A stretch of 55,357 nucleotides of DNA from a virus. Taxonomy: Duplodnaviria > Caudoviricetes. Below the pieces are notes generated by a model that was given only the letters and a program-made list of their open reading frames with translations, searched no databases and was not told the origin of the DNA. Location: positions 1-55,357 of IMG/VR virus record IMGVR_UViG_3300030110_000758; one strand, 5' to 3'. Below are positions 9,985 to 20,800 of the stretch, piece after piece. Position numbers and translations under genes: made by a program. Numbering within the stretch: the stretch's first letter is position 1; the number at the start of each line of letters is the position of its first letter.

Positions 9985-10428
9985 CTACTTAGTAAACCCT
10001 GCACCAAAGTACAGTCCTACGATTGCTGATACTATATGTGTGTCTAGCGGTGTAATTACAAAACCTTGTGCCATCTTCCACTGTATTGCTTCATCTGGCC
10101 CAAACAACCAGTTAAACAAACCACCTGTTGCTTCTGTGTAACCTACATAAACACTAACATCAGGATACCACACTGCTACTAGCTTTGGCAAGACAATAAT
10201 GCTAAACACTGCAGATAAAGCTATAAGCCTACGTGTCCAAGCAAAGTGACTGTCCTTCTTACCTGCTTCTCTTGCTGTGTTAACTTGATCTGCCCTGAAC
10301 TGTGCAGTCTGAAGCATCATCTTGTTTTGCTCTTGGCGGTTCTTTATGCTCTGGCCCCAGATGGACATCACTCCACCTAGTATCGTAGAGAAGAGCATGG
10401 TTATAAGTTCTAGTGGTAAGCCTAGCAT
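9985..10428 (-). CDS. Membrane protein, holin-like (3 TM)
   Basis: Three hydrophobic segments, AWTRRLIAL, C-terminal IVGLYFG. Confidence 0.55.
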   Translation of the reverse strand: MLGLPLELITMLFSTILGGVMSIWGQSIKNRQEQNKMMLQTAQFRADQVNTAREAGKKDSHFAWTRRLIALSAVFSIIVLPKLVAVWYPDVSVYVGYTEATGGLFNWLFGPDEAIQWKMAQGFVITPLDTHIVSAIVGLYFGAGFTK

Positions 10429-12146
10429 TATATTTTACCTAAATTAATCTCAAACTTTGTTCCCTCACCTGATTTACTCCCATAAAAAGCTCCTGTATCT
10501 CTAAGCCAACCATACAAACTATAGTCTCCTGTAGCTACCTGTGCTGCTCTACCTGATAAATACTTTATTTTATCATTAGTGGTAGGGTATCTTTCGTTCA
10601 TCTCTTTTGCATTGTTAAAGTTATATTGATCTGTAATTAGTAAGTTTCCATTATTATCTATTCTCCAATTAAACTGTCCTAAAGTTTTTTTAACAGCACC
10701 TTCTTTATCAAACAAAGATAATGGATCAATATTTTCTACCCATCCAACATCTTTTAATCCTTTTGTATAATCTTTATATTCAACCGCACCCATGCGTAAA
10801 AGTTTATTTGTTGTTAATGAACCCACTACACCATCAGGTTCTAAACCAAACTTTTTTTGAAAACTTTTTATAGATTTTTTATCTCCACCTGAAAATCCTA
10901 AGTTTTTTAATTTAGCTTCAACTTGTTTTGGTGTAAGTTTAATGTTACTTGTATCGCCTTTTTCTAGGAGGGTGTTTAATATATTTTCATCTCCTGTTCT
11001 TATAATATTTGCTTTTATTATTGATCTCATAGCATCCAACTCACTGCCCTTAAAAAAAGTTTCTGTTTTTATATCGTCTTCAGAAGTGCCTAATAAATTA
11101 CCTACAAACTGTTTAAAATGTGCTGGTATAACATTAAAAGCATTTACAGCAAAGCCTCCGACTGCTGCAGTTTTAACTCGTTTTTGTTGCTCTGGTGTAA
11201 GTTTAAAATTATCTGATGTAGGTGTTTTTTCCATAAGACCTTTTTGTTTTTTATCTTCCTCTCTTCTAAGATACTCTTGATATCTTAAATCCGTGGATAA
11301 AGCGTCTGCGTCATCTCTACTAAATCCAACTTGCATTTGATCTGGACCTACTTGCGCTGGCTTGTCATATATACTAGGTTGCAATTTTTCTTCTGTTATC
11401 TTAGGTTGAGGACGCACGCTATACAGAGCTTGTTTTGTTAGTGGACCTGCAATGCCATCAACTTTTAAGTTTTTATCTTTTTGAAAAGCTCTAATTGCTT
11501 TTTTTGTAAGTAGACCCATTATACCGTCTTCTTCAAGAGGCTTACCGTCTACTGTTATACCTGCGTTGTTTAAAGCTGCTTGCAAACCTCTGGTAGTATC
11601 TAAATCTGTGTACTCCTGTGAAGCTCTTATAGCTTGAATCTCTTCTATACTTTTAGGTCTAGCTTTAGGTTTTGTAATCTTTTCAAATAAACTTTCTGCT
11701 TGCATAACAATCTCATCCACAGCCGCATCTGATGTTGGAGCAGAGAATACTTTTACTGTAGAGCCATCATCTGAAGCTACAGAGTTTTCTTGTTGAAATT
11801 TATACAAAGGCATGTTGTGTTTTTGTTGCAGTGTATCTGCTGATAAATTTGGATCTATTAAAGTATTTTGCAGAGGTCTTGCTTTTGGGCGTAAAGATAC
11901 ATCTAACTTTGTAGCTTCGTTTAAACCATCTACAAATCTTTTTAGCGCTATATTTCCTGTGCTTGCTGCACCTGTAGCTACACCACCTATAGGTTCTACA
12001 TCCTCTGGTCTTGCTCTTGGACGTACAACACGAGGAGCCATAAGGCCACCTTGATCTGGTTTTGTTTCTGCAACATTTTCTTCAGTATCACCACCAGTTA
12101 TACGATTAATAAAGTTGCGAAATATTTGATCTAGTGAGTTAGCCAT
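10428..12146 (-). CDS. Virion protein with two peptidoglycan-binding (PG_binding_1) domains
   Basis: LQAALN..DGIMGLLTKKAIRAFQK..LKVDGIAGPLT and IKSFQKKFGLEPDGVVGSLT. Confidence 0.75.
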   Translation of the reverse strand: MANSLDQIFRNFINRITGGDTEENVAETKPDQGGLMAPRVVRPRARPEDVEPIGGVATGAASTGNIALKRFVDGLNEATKLDVSLRPKARPLQNTLIDPNLSADTLQQKHNMPLYKFQQENSVASDDGSTVKVFSAPTSDAAVDEIVMQAESLFEKITKPKARPKSIEEIQAIRASQEYTDLDTTRGLQAALNNAGITVDGKPLEEDGIMGLLTKKAIRAFQKDKNLKVDGIAGPLTKQALYSVRPQPKITEEKLQPSIYDKPAQVGPDQMQVGFSRDDADALSTDLRYQEYLRREEDKKQKGLMEKTPTSDNFKLTPEQQKRVKTAAVGGFAVNAFNVIPAHFKQFVGNLLGTSEDDIKTETFFKGSELDAMRSIIKANIIRTGDENILNTLLEKGDTSNIKLTPKQVEAKLKNLGFSGGDKKSIKSFQKKFGLEPDGVVGSLTTNKLLRMGAVEYKDYTKGLKDVGWVENIDPLSLFDKEGAVKKTLGQFNWRIDNNGNLLITDQYNFNNAKEMNERYPTTNDKIKYLSGRAAQVATGDYSLYGWLRDTGAFYGSKSGEGTKFEINLGKI

Positions 12147-12162
12147 AAGTTATTTCCTTACA

Positions 12163-15100
12163 CTACTGCGGCGCTACAAAATTACTTCCAAATACAGATT
12201 TACCTAGTGATGGACCAAATACGTTTAAAACGGAACCTAAAAAACCACCTGCTGCAGACATAAATCCTGTATCTGCGTCACCATCAACTTTTAATTTAGC
12301 TACAACCAACTCTTGATCTCTAGTCATAGCGTTTTCTGCAGTGGTCCACGCAAAGTTCATTAAGTCACGTTCTTGTTGCCATAACTCAGCCAAGCCTTGC
12401 ATAGACAAATTATTAGCCGCCATAACTTCTGTCATGTTAGCTTCGTTAAGTGCCGCTGTATTAGCTGTAGCTATAGATTGTCTCCACGCTGTGTTAGCTT
12501 GTGCTATTACTAATTCATTTTGTGCATTAAACAAATCACGTTGATTATCTAGTTCCGCTTGAAACTTAGTCATAGAGTTTTCTTCACCTGCGTTAAACTG
12601 CTCCATAGCGTTGCTTTGTGCTATATTAAACTGATTAACCTGTGTAGACAAACTATCGAAGAACTGGTTAACTTGGTTGATACTCTCAGCGTTAAACTGT
12701 AGCTGTGCATTTTCTGCAGCTTGATCAGAGAATACACTCTGTACTAGTGACTGTGCTTCAAACATAACAGCTTGTTGTTCGTTATCTAAGTTAGCCATGT
12801 CCATCTGCAGGAACGCCTGTGCTTGTTGTGCTTGTGCTTGTTGTCTGTTATTTAAGTTAGCCATATCTACGTCTGTAAGGGCTGCACAGTCAGCTAAAAG
12901 TTTAGCTTGTGTATTTGACAAATTAGCTAAGTCAACCGTCTGAGTAAGCTGTGCGTTCTGTAAGGCACGAGATTGTTCTGCAGTAAAGTTCATGTTAGCT
13001 ATCTCAGCTATACGCTCTGATTTAATTACTGCTACTTGTTGTTTATTAGATAGCTCCTGCCCTTTCATGGCTGCTTCTATCTGAGCATTAGCTAGTGCAG
13101 TCTGTTGTCTAGCTGACATCTCTTCTGTAGCAATAGTCATCTTGTTACTCATGTTAAAGATGGCAGTTTGCTGCTCGTTGTTTAGCTCTATCTCTCTTTC
13201 AGCAACTTGATTAGCTACATTGAACAAAGCAGTCTGTTGCTTGTTATCTAATACACGCCCTTCCATAGCTGCACTTGCTACAGCATCTTGTATAAACGCT
13301 TGTTGCTTACGTGTAGCATCAGCCATATTAGCTTCAAAGGCTTGTGTGCTTTCTAACACTGCCATCTGTTGTTCATTAGTTAAGTCTTGACCCATCATGG
13401 CAGCTTTAACTTGTAAGTTAGATAGGGCTGTCTGCTGTGCATTAGACAAGTTAGCCATTTCTACTTCTAAGTTTTGCGTTGAGCGTAGTATAGATGTTTG
13501 CTGTCTGTTTGTCAAGTTAATGTCGTTTACTGCAGCATATCGTGCAGCATTAGAGATTGCTACGTTAGCACTAATACTTAGCTCCTGCCCTTGCAAAGAT
13601 GCCTTAAATTGTGCTGTAGCTAGTACAGCTTCTTGCTCATTAGATAAGTTCTTTAGCTGTAAGTTAGCATTATTCATAGAGTTCTGGATACGAACAGCTT
13701 GTTCATTAGACAGATTAGCTAACTCAAAGTTCTGTGCTGCAGCAGCATTAGCTAGAGCTACAGCTTGCTCATTACGAACATTCTCCATGTCCATAGCTTG
13801 AAAGGTAGCTGCATCAGACTGTGCTATAGGTATTGCACTTTCCATAGCCGCCTGTATCATGGCTGCACTAGACATAGAACTAGCACCCATACCACGGGCG
13901 TTCATAGCTGCAGTTACTCTACGTAACGCACCAGCAGCCCATGCGGGTGTTCCATTATTAAACTGCTCCATAAGTTTAGACATCTGACCTTGCACAGTAG
14001 ATGCTGCACTTACTTCTCCTTTAATTGCTTTGGCTGCTAGTTGCTGTGTAAACGTAGCCGTAGCCGCTTTAGCTGTTGCTGCATCGTTTAATGCATCTAG
14101 TGTTTTTGCAGTTACAACAATTTCTTCACTGTTAAGTATTTCATTTACATCAACTACTTCATCTGCTCCTACAGAAGTTTCTTCTGCAGTTACATCAGCT
14201 ACAAACTCAGATTTCTTTTCTTCTGCTGTAGCAAGCTCATTAAATTGAGCAGCATCTTTTACTTTGTTTTCTTCTTGTTTTGCTATTTCAGTAGGAGGTA
14301 AATTATAATCTACTTCTGCAGTTGCTTTAGGTGTTTCATCTTCAAACTTAGCTGGGTCTATTTCTTCTAGATCACCTATTGCAGTTTCTTTTTCTACTTC
14401 TGCAGCTTCCGCTTCTGTGTAACCACCTAATTCAGAAAATAAAGCTGCATTAGGAAACTCTCTTGTATCTTCCTTTAAGTCACCTACAACAGTTCCTGTC
14501 TCGTATGCTTTTCTAACTGAGTCTCCTGCTTTATCGTAAGCTTCTTTTAGTGCTGCAAAACCTTCTGTGTCACCATCTAATCTAGCAGCAGTCATAGCAA
14601 CTTTTAGTTCTTCACGATCTTGATTAATTCGTACTATATCGTCTTCATTAAGAACTATATTATAAGACTCTAATTTAGCTGCATCTGCGTATTTACCTTT
14701 AAGTTGTTCCAAGTCTGTAGGAGTCATCTTAGCCGCTTGCATTTTAGCTTCATCAGATAAAACACCTTCAGCAAAATCTCCTAGTTCATCTATTGCTTTT
14801 ATTTTATCTTCTGATTTAACTGCAGTAAATGTTTCTGCTGTGTCCTTCTTAGCGTCTTGTTCTATTTGTGCTTGTCTACGCTCTAATTTAGCAAAGTAAT
14901 CGTTACGTGTAGCTATATCTGCATCACTAAGACTTGCAACATCTGCTTGAAATAATTCATATCGTATTTCTGGTAAAGGATATTTTTCTCTAAGTTCATC
15001 TTCTGTAAATTTATTAAGATAGGCCATAGTAGCTTTAACAGCAGGGTCATCAGCTTTACCTGCGTCTTGTGCTTGCTTAACTAAAAGTGTAGCTGCAGTT

Positions 15101-16263
15101 GCTACTTGTCCTGTTTCGCTATCTATCAGCTGGTTGTCTTCTACTTTTAAACCGTATATCGTAGGTTGATCTAGTAGCTTACTAGGATTAGTTATAGCTG
15201 TTCCTAAAGCTTCTGCAACGGAAGGTACGTCTTCTATCTTGTATGCAGCTTCTTGTGTTGATACGTTAGCACCAGCTTGTGTTTGTGCTAGTTCTGCATC
15301 TTCTAGTGCCTGTTTATAAGTTACAGGACCGCCAGGATATTTATTTAAAAAGAACTCTGTAAAGGCATCGTTAGGATTGTCAAGACCTGCTTGCATTCTT
15401 AAGTACGCAGTAACATCAGTATTGTCAATCACACCGTCATTGTTAGTATCAAACTTTGATATTTCTTCAGGTGTAAGTGCTGTTTCGTTTACCGTATGAC
15501 TTAAAAGTTTTTCTGCTATTTCAGCACCTGCAGCATCTCTTTCCTCGTCAGTACCGTCAGCTACAGATGTATAATCGTCTCTTCTGTAATAAACATCTTC
15601 AGGATCTTTACCTGACATATCTTGTTGAACTTTAGTTAAGTTACGTGTAGTGTCAGCTAAAGTTTTTTGTGCGTCATCTAATAGTTGTGATGCTTCAGTT
15701 GTCTCTGGTGTTTCTGTGCCTTCTTTAATTACTTGAGAACCTTCAGGTGGATCTGTAGGTGCAGGATCAACAGGGTCTACTGGATCAGGTTGTTCAGGTA
15801 AACCTATTTCTGTAGGATCAACAGGATCTAATACTCGTTCTGGATCACCTATCCTAGATACTTCTCTATAATTTTCACTATCGTTAAATCCTGTAATAAC
15901 ACCGTCCTCAATAGTATAACCTGCATCTTTTAAACGTTGTGTATTTTTTTGCACATTAGTGTCGCCTGTAGGAGTGCCTATAGGAATATTTTTAATATCT
16001 AAATTACCTGCCCTTACAGCATTAAAGGCAGACTCAAAGCTATCATAAGATGTTGCACCACCAGCTTGCATACCTACACCAGATAGAGGTTCACCCTCTA
16101 TTCGTTGTTTAGCTATATCTGTGTACCTGCCTAACTGAGAGGCAGCACGAGGACTAGACGCAAGAAACGCATCCATATCATCCTTTTGCGCTGGGCCTGT
16201 GTAGCCAAACTCTTTAAGGAGTTGATGCGTTTGATCGTTAGTAAAACCTTTAAATCTTTTCAT
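12163..16263 (-). CDS. Long internal virion (ejection) protein with Q/N/A-rich 22-aa repeat coiled coil
   Basis: 1366 aa; acidic N-terminal half; repeated NLSNxQQ with 22-residue period in the C-terminal half; Gly-rich hydrophobic C-terminus. Confidence 0.7.
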   Translation of the reverse strand: MKRFKGFTNDQTHQLLKEFGYTGPAQKDDMDAFLASSPRAASQLGRYTDIAKQRIEGEPLSGVGMQAGGATSYDSFESAFNAVRAGNLDIKNIPIGTPTGDTNVQKNTQRLKDAGYTIEDGVITGFNDSENYREVSRIGDPERVLDPVDPTEIGLPEQPDPVDPVDPAPTDPPEGSQVIKEGTETPETTEASQLLDDAQKTLADTTRNLTKVQQDMSGKDPEDVYYRRDDYTSVADGTDEERDAAGAEIAEKLLSHTVNETALTPEEISKFDTNNDGVIDNTDVTAYLRMQAGLDNPNDAFTEFFLNKYPGGPVTYKQALEDAELAQTQAGANVSTQEAAYKIEDVPSVAEALGTAITNPSKLLDQPTIYGLKVEDNQLIDSETGQVATAATLLVKQAQDAGKADDPAVKATMAYLNKFTEDELREKYPLPEIRYELFQADVASLSDADIATRNDYFAKLERRQAQIEQDAKKDTAETFTAVKSEDKIKAIDELGDFAEGVLSDEAKMQAAKMTPTDLEQLKGKYADAAKLESYNIVLNEDDIVRINQDREELKVAMTAARLDGDTEGFAALKEAYDKAGDSVRKAYETGTVVGDLKEDTREFPNAALFSELGGYTEAEAAEVEKETAIGDLEEIDPAKFEDETPKATAEVDYNLPPTEIAKQEENKVKDAAQFNELATAEEKKSEFVADVTAEETSVGADEVVDVNEILNSEEIVVTAKTLDALNDAATAKAATATFTQQLAAKAIKGEVSAASTVQGQMSKLMEQFNNGTPAWAAGALRRVTAAMNARGMGASSMSSAAMIQAAMESAIPIAQSDAATFQAMDMENVRNEQAVALANAAAAQNFELANLSNEQAVRIQNSMNNANLQLKNLSNEQEAVLATAQFKASLQGQELSISANVAISNAARYAAVNDINLTNRQQTSILRSTQNLEVEMANLSNAQQTALSNLQVKAAMMGQDLTNEQQMAVLESTQAFEANMADATRKQQAFIQDAVASAAMEGRVLDNKQQTALFNVANQVAEREIELNNEQQTAIFNMSNKMTIATEEMSARQQTALANAQIEAAMKGQELSNKQQVAVIKSERIAEIANMNFTAEQSRALQNAQLTQTVDLANLSNTQAKLLADCAALTDVDMANLNNRQQAQAQQAQAFLQMDMANLDNEQQAVMFEAQSLVQSVFSDQAAENAQLQFNAESINQVNQFFDSLSTQVNQFNIAQSNAMEQFNAGEENSMTKFQAELDNQRDLFNAQNELVIAQANTAWRQSIATANTAALNEANMTEVMAANNLSMQGLAELWQQERDLMNFAWTTAENAMTRDQELVVAKLKVDGDADTGFMSAAGGFLGSVLNVFGPSLGKSVFGSNFVAPQ

Positions 16264-16725
16264 CTATCTAGTTCCTATCCAAACAAAACCAAACAATATA
16301 CCTAAACAAACCAAAAAGATTGACAGTCCTGCTGTCCACTCAATAATAGCCCTTTTGATTTCGTATTGTCTGTGTTCATGTTCTTTCTTTTGTTTTCTTA
16401 GATCTGCTTCTATTTCTAGTATCTCCTGCCAGTAGGAGGGACCATATGCTACACAAATAAAATCTTTTAATTCTGCTCTCATAGATGCAGCTTTTTGTTT
16501 TGCTGCAAAGATCTCCATAGCTTGTGCTTCTACACCACCACCTAAAGCTTTATACCAAGGAGGCTGTTGATTTTGTCTTTCTGCAAAATCTAAATCAGCC
16601 ATAGCACCTGCCCATTTTGACAGAGTGCCACCCATGTCCTGCAGGTCTTTGCCTACTTGTATGCCTTTCTTTATGGCATTAAAAGCAGCCGTAGCACCCG
16701 CTATGGCGGTGACAGGATCAATCAT
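16264..16725 (-). CDS. Membrane-anchored coiled-coil protein
   Basis: 153 aa; C-terminal TM WTAGLSIFLVCLGILFGFVWI. Confidence 0.7.
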   Translation of the reverse strand: MIDPVTAIAGATAAFNAIKKGIQVGKDLQDMGGTLSKWAGAMADLDFAERQNQQPPWYKALGGGVEAQAMEIFAAKQKAASMRAELKDFICVAYGPSYWQEILEIEADLRKQKKEHEHRQYEIKRAIIEWTAGLSIFLVCLGILFGFVWIGTR

Positions 16726-16958
16726 CGCCGTTCTATAATTCTATCTAGCTTTGCGTCTAGAGCCTCCAACCTATCTATTATTCTATTCATGTCGCTATTT
16801 GCCTCCACCTTAGTCATGTAGTCACGAGCCATCTCCTCTCGTGTTTTATTTAATAGGACTTGCATACGTTGTGTTTCTGCGTGTTGACTACGGATAACCC
16901 AGCCTACTATACCAAGTAGGCCAGTTAGTCCAGCACTCCAAAGCAACTCCATCTCCAT
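16722..16958 (-). CDS. Small N-anchored coiled-coil protein (possible lysis accessory)
   Basis: N-terminal TM followed by heptad tail RIIDRLEALDAKLDRI. Confidence 0.7.
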   Translation of the reverse strand: MEMELLWSAGLTGLLGIVGWVIRSQHAETQRMQVLLNKTREEMARDYMTKVEANSDMNRIIDRLEALDAKLDRIIERR

Positions 16959-16963
16959 AAGAG

Positions 16964-17236
16964 TTAACTTGTAAAGTTATCAGCAGAAGTTATAGCTGCA
17001 TCAATAACTGTAAAGTCTTTATCTCCCCAATCAGAGTATGTGTCTTTCTGGTATTTGAGATAACCTACACTACGACTTACACGTTCTTTCTTTTCATCGT
17101 GTGTTAAGTCGTATGCAAAGTCTGCTGATGTAGCATCACTGCCCATATTGTGTGTTGCAATTACAGATTTAATTGTATCTGCACCATCATGGCAAGCCTT
17201 GTATGCTTGTTCCATTACTGCTGTTTCTCTAGTCAT
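16964..17236 (-). CDS. Hypothetical protein, tail-fibre module
   Basis: 90-aa ORF overlapping the upstream oxygenase. Confidence 0.7.
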   Translation of the reverse strand: MTRETAVMEQAYKACHDGADTIKSVIATHNMGSDATSADFAYDLTHDEKKERVSRSVGYLKYQKDTYSDWGDKDFTVIDAAITSADNFTS

Positions 17237-17873
17237 TTTTCATTTTTCCTATATTAATATTACCAGATATTGATATTCTTTCACCGTCATCATTGTAAAA
17301 CGGAAAGACCTGATGAAGTAAGCACGAAGGAAACATAACCATATACCCTTCTGCCTGTTTCTCCATATTGTATGCAAAGGTTGACACCCTGCCTAACGTA
17401 TTTGTGTAGCTAAATGCAAAGTTGCTTATGTGGTTGTCTGCATTTGACTCTGCACAAATAGGTAGCTTGCGTTGTTCTTCATAGGACGTAGGTATCTGCA
17501 TCCATATTACAAAGCTATACACACCTGCATGATCATGTGGTGGGTTAAACTCGTTTTGCTTTTGAAAGTTTACCCAGAGGCTTTCTAAGTTAAATGTCTC
17601 ACCTTCTTTCATGGTCAGTCGATAAGGTGACCCATACTCTTGCATGTGTCTCTTTATACAAGCTGGTAGCACCTCACCTACAAAGTCAGTCATTAAGTCA
17701 GAGTTATTATCTAACCTAATAGAAGAACTGATGTTACCTGCTAGTTCAGGCTTCATATCTTCTGGCTTTTCTCTTGCTTCGTTTATTAATGTCCACAAGT
17801 CATCAACTATTTCTTCTGATAGTTTTCCCTCTACCACCCCAATGTTAGGGAAGTTTCTTGCTAGTAGTTCCAT
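17229..17873 (-). CDS. Putative 2OG-Fe(II) oxygenase
   Basis: WVNFQ..NPPHDH..SFVIW..MFPSCLLHQVFPF..RISISGN (HxH, distal H, RxS). Confidence 0.85.
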   Translation of the reverse strand: MELLARNFPNIGVVEGKLSEEIVDDLWTLINEAREKPEDMKPELAGNISSSIRLDNNSDLMTDFVGEVLPACIKRHMQEYGSPYRLTMKEGETFNLESLWVNFQKQNEFNPPHDHAGVYSFVIWMQIPTSYEEQRKLPICAESNADNHISNFAFSYTNTLGRVSTFAYNMEKQAEGYMVMFPSCLLHQVFPFYNDDGERISISGNINIGKMKND

Positions 17874-17876
17874 TGT

Positions 17877-20800
17877 TTATCCTTCTAGTGTTGCTATTCG
17901 TGCTTCTAAAGCATCGTTCTTTGCTGATAGTTCTTGGATTGCTTTTGTAAGAATTGGTATTAGTTCTGATGGAGCAAGTCTTTGTCTTTTCGAACCATCA
18001 CCTTCGCCCTCAGACCACATACGAAATCCATCTTTAATCTCTGCATGATTGTCGATAGCTGTTTTAACTTCTTGTGCGATAAAGCCATGCATTGTTTTAT
18101 CATCACAATTCATTACTCTTTTTTCAGAACCTTCTATGTACGATCTAGAATTAGAAGGAACATCTTTTTCTTTTTTCCATTTAAAAGTTACTGGTCTAAG
18201 ATCGTTTACAAAAGAAAGACCTGCTGTAGATGTTTGAATATCTTCTTTAAATCTTTCATCAGATGGCGCAGTGATAGAAGTTGCACCAAAAGCTATGGAA
18301 CTATCTGTGGCTCCAGTGCCAAAACAAAGAGTGTTGTCTCCATTACCTGTAACATCGTGACCTAAAACAATTTGGTTATCTGAGTCTGTTGCTGATGTGT
18401 GGCTAAAAGAACCTACAATAGTATTCTTAGTTCCATCTTCTGTATCTACACTAAATCCCCCAGCAAGATACCCCACCATCGTATTAAAGCTACCTGATGT
18501 TAAAGATTCACCACATCTAGCACCAATAAGGGTGTTCTGTATACTTGTTGAGACTGCTTTACCTGCTTCAAAACCTACTGCAGTGTTAAAATTATCTACA
18601 TCATTATTTTGCACTTCTAATGCAGAACTACCTATAGCTACGTTTTTTCTACCTGTATCTTCTCCAGTTAAAGCAGACCTGCCCACAGCAACGTTATCAA
18701 AACCTGTGCTAATAGCATCTCCTGCATTAGCACCCATAAGTGTATTGAGTGTGCCTGACGTTATAAGATGACCAGCCTTAAAACCAACAGCAGTATTACT
18801 ATTACCTGTCATAATAGCACCACTACCTGCCTGTGCTCCCACTAAAGTGGTTTGTTCTGTTGTTGTGGCTAATCTACCAGCAATGTGTCCTAGTGCCGTG
18901 TTGTTACCATCAGCTCCTACATCTAAATCCCTAAATGCTTGCATACCAACGGCTGTATTTTGTCCATGAGCATCTTCAGTGCTTAATGCTTGTGTGCCAA
19001 CAGCTACATTTTCTGAACCTGTTGTAAGTGCATCGCCACACTCTGTACCAATAAGAGTGTTGTTTGTAGCTGTTAGAACATTTGCACCTGCGTAGTATCC
19101 AACATAGACATTGTTACTGTTTGTAGCTGTGGCATAATTTTGATTATATCCTGCAAACCTACCTATAGCTGTTGTGCGACTACCAACATCATCAGATGTT
19201 AATGCAGAATAACCAACAGCTACATTATCTTGGCCTGTAGTAAGTTGATGACCTGCTAATGCACCTATAATAGTATTTTGTACACCTGTTGTGATTGAAT
19301 TACCAGCATCATAACCCACCGCAACATTATAACTATTAGTAGCAGTAGTAGTTATGTTTTGAGTTTGTAAAGCACCACTACCAATTGCAACAGTTCGCCT
19401 ACCTAACGTATCTGAACTTAAAGCACTTTCTCCAACTGCCGTGTTTTCAAATGCATCAGTTAAAGCATCCCCTGCAAGACCACCTATTAGGGTGTTAAGT
19501 GTACCTGTTGTGACTGATAGTCCTGCATTTTTACCTATTGCTACGTTGTAAGCATTAGTAGCTGTTGTAAAATTTTGTGAATTTAAAGCATTGTTACCTA
19601 TAGCTACACTTAAACTACCTAAAGTATCAGAGGTTAAAGCATAAGCTCCTAATGCAGTGTTACCACTCGCTGTACTGATAGCATCACCTGCTACATAACC
19701 AACAAATACATTTTCATCACCAGTAGTAATAGCAGTACCAGCTTCATCACCTACAACCGTATTATAGTTACCGCCAGAGAGAATGCTGTTACCTGCGTTT
19801 ACACCTGCACGAAAGTTAGATGTACCTGCTGTGGCAGTAATAATATCTGCACCATCTGCAAAGGTTACGTCAGCAGCAAAGTTTACTGCACCATCTACAT
19901 CTACTACATCAAGATTGGTTGTACCGTCTACGTCTAAGTCAGTAACTACATTAAGATTACCAGCTATAGTGGTTACAGAAGCAGTACCAAAAGCAATGTT
20001 TACATCTACTTCATCTTCAAGACTACCATCTCGTAATATTAAACCAGGAGCCATCTCTCCATCGTGAGAAGCAACTTGAAAATTTAATTTACCACCCTCT
20101 GCTCCATCAGAAGCATCAGAAACTTCTGCACGAATTAACGCAAATTTAGTCTGTTCTTGGGCGTCATTATCAGCAAAAAACTCTATTGTGCCAATATCAT
20201 CGTCATCAGCGCCAGCAGCGCCTTTGTCTTTTACAAAACGAAGTCTCGCAGCATTAGCGTCATTAGTTGTGTCTTTGATAATTATTAAGGGGTCTTCAGC
20301 ATTTGCTGATGTAAAGGTAGCACTATCTCCTGTTACAGTAAGATCACCCACAATGTTTGTAACATCAAGGTTAGTTGTACCGTCTACGTCTATGTCACCC
20401 GAGATGTCTAATGAAGCAAACACAGAAGTGCCTGTGGCTGTAACAGTGCTATTAAACGTAGCGGCACCAGCCGCACTCATATCAAGTGTCAAGGCGGTTA
20501 CGGCTGAACCCCCGTCTGAACCTTTAAATATAATATTTGCATCATCAGTTTGGTTTTGAATATCAAAGTTACCACCCGTAACATTCATTTGAGGGGTAGA
20601 GTCTAACTTAAATTCATATCGTAAATTACCACTACCGTTAAATTTTATATCATCTCCATCAGCATCAAGAATAATATCACCAGCTACGTCAATCGTAAGA
20701 TCACCACTGGACAGGTCTATTTCTGTGCCATCTATGGTGATGTTGTCTGCAACTAGTGATCCACCTGTAATTGCACCTGTAGTAGTAATAGTGCTAGAGC

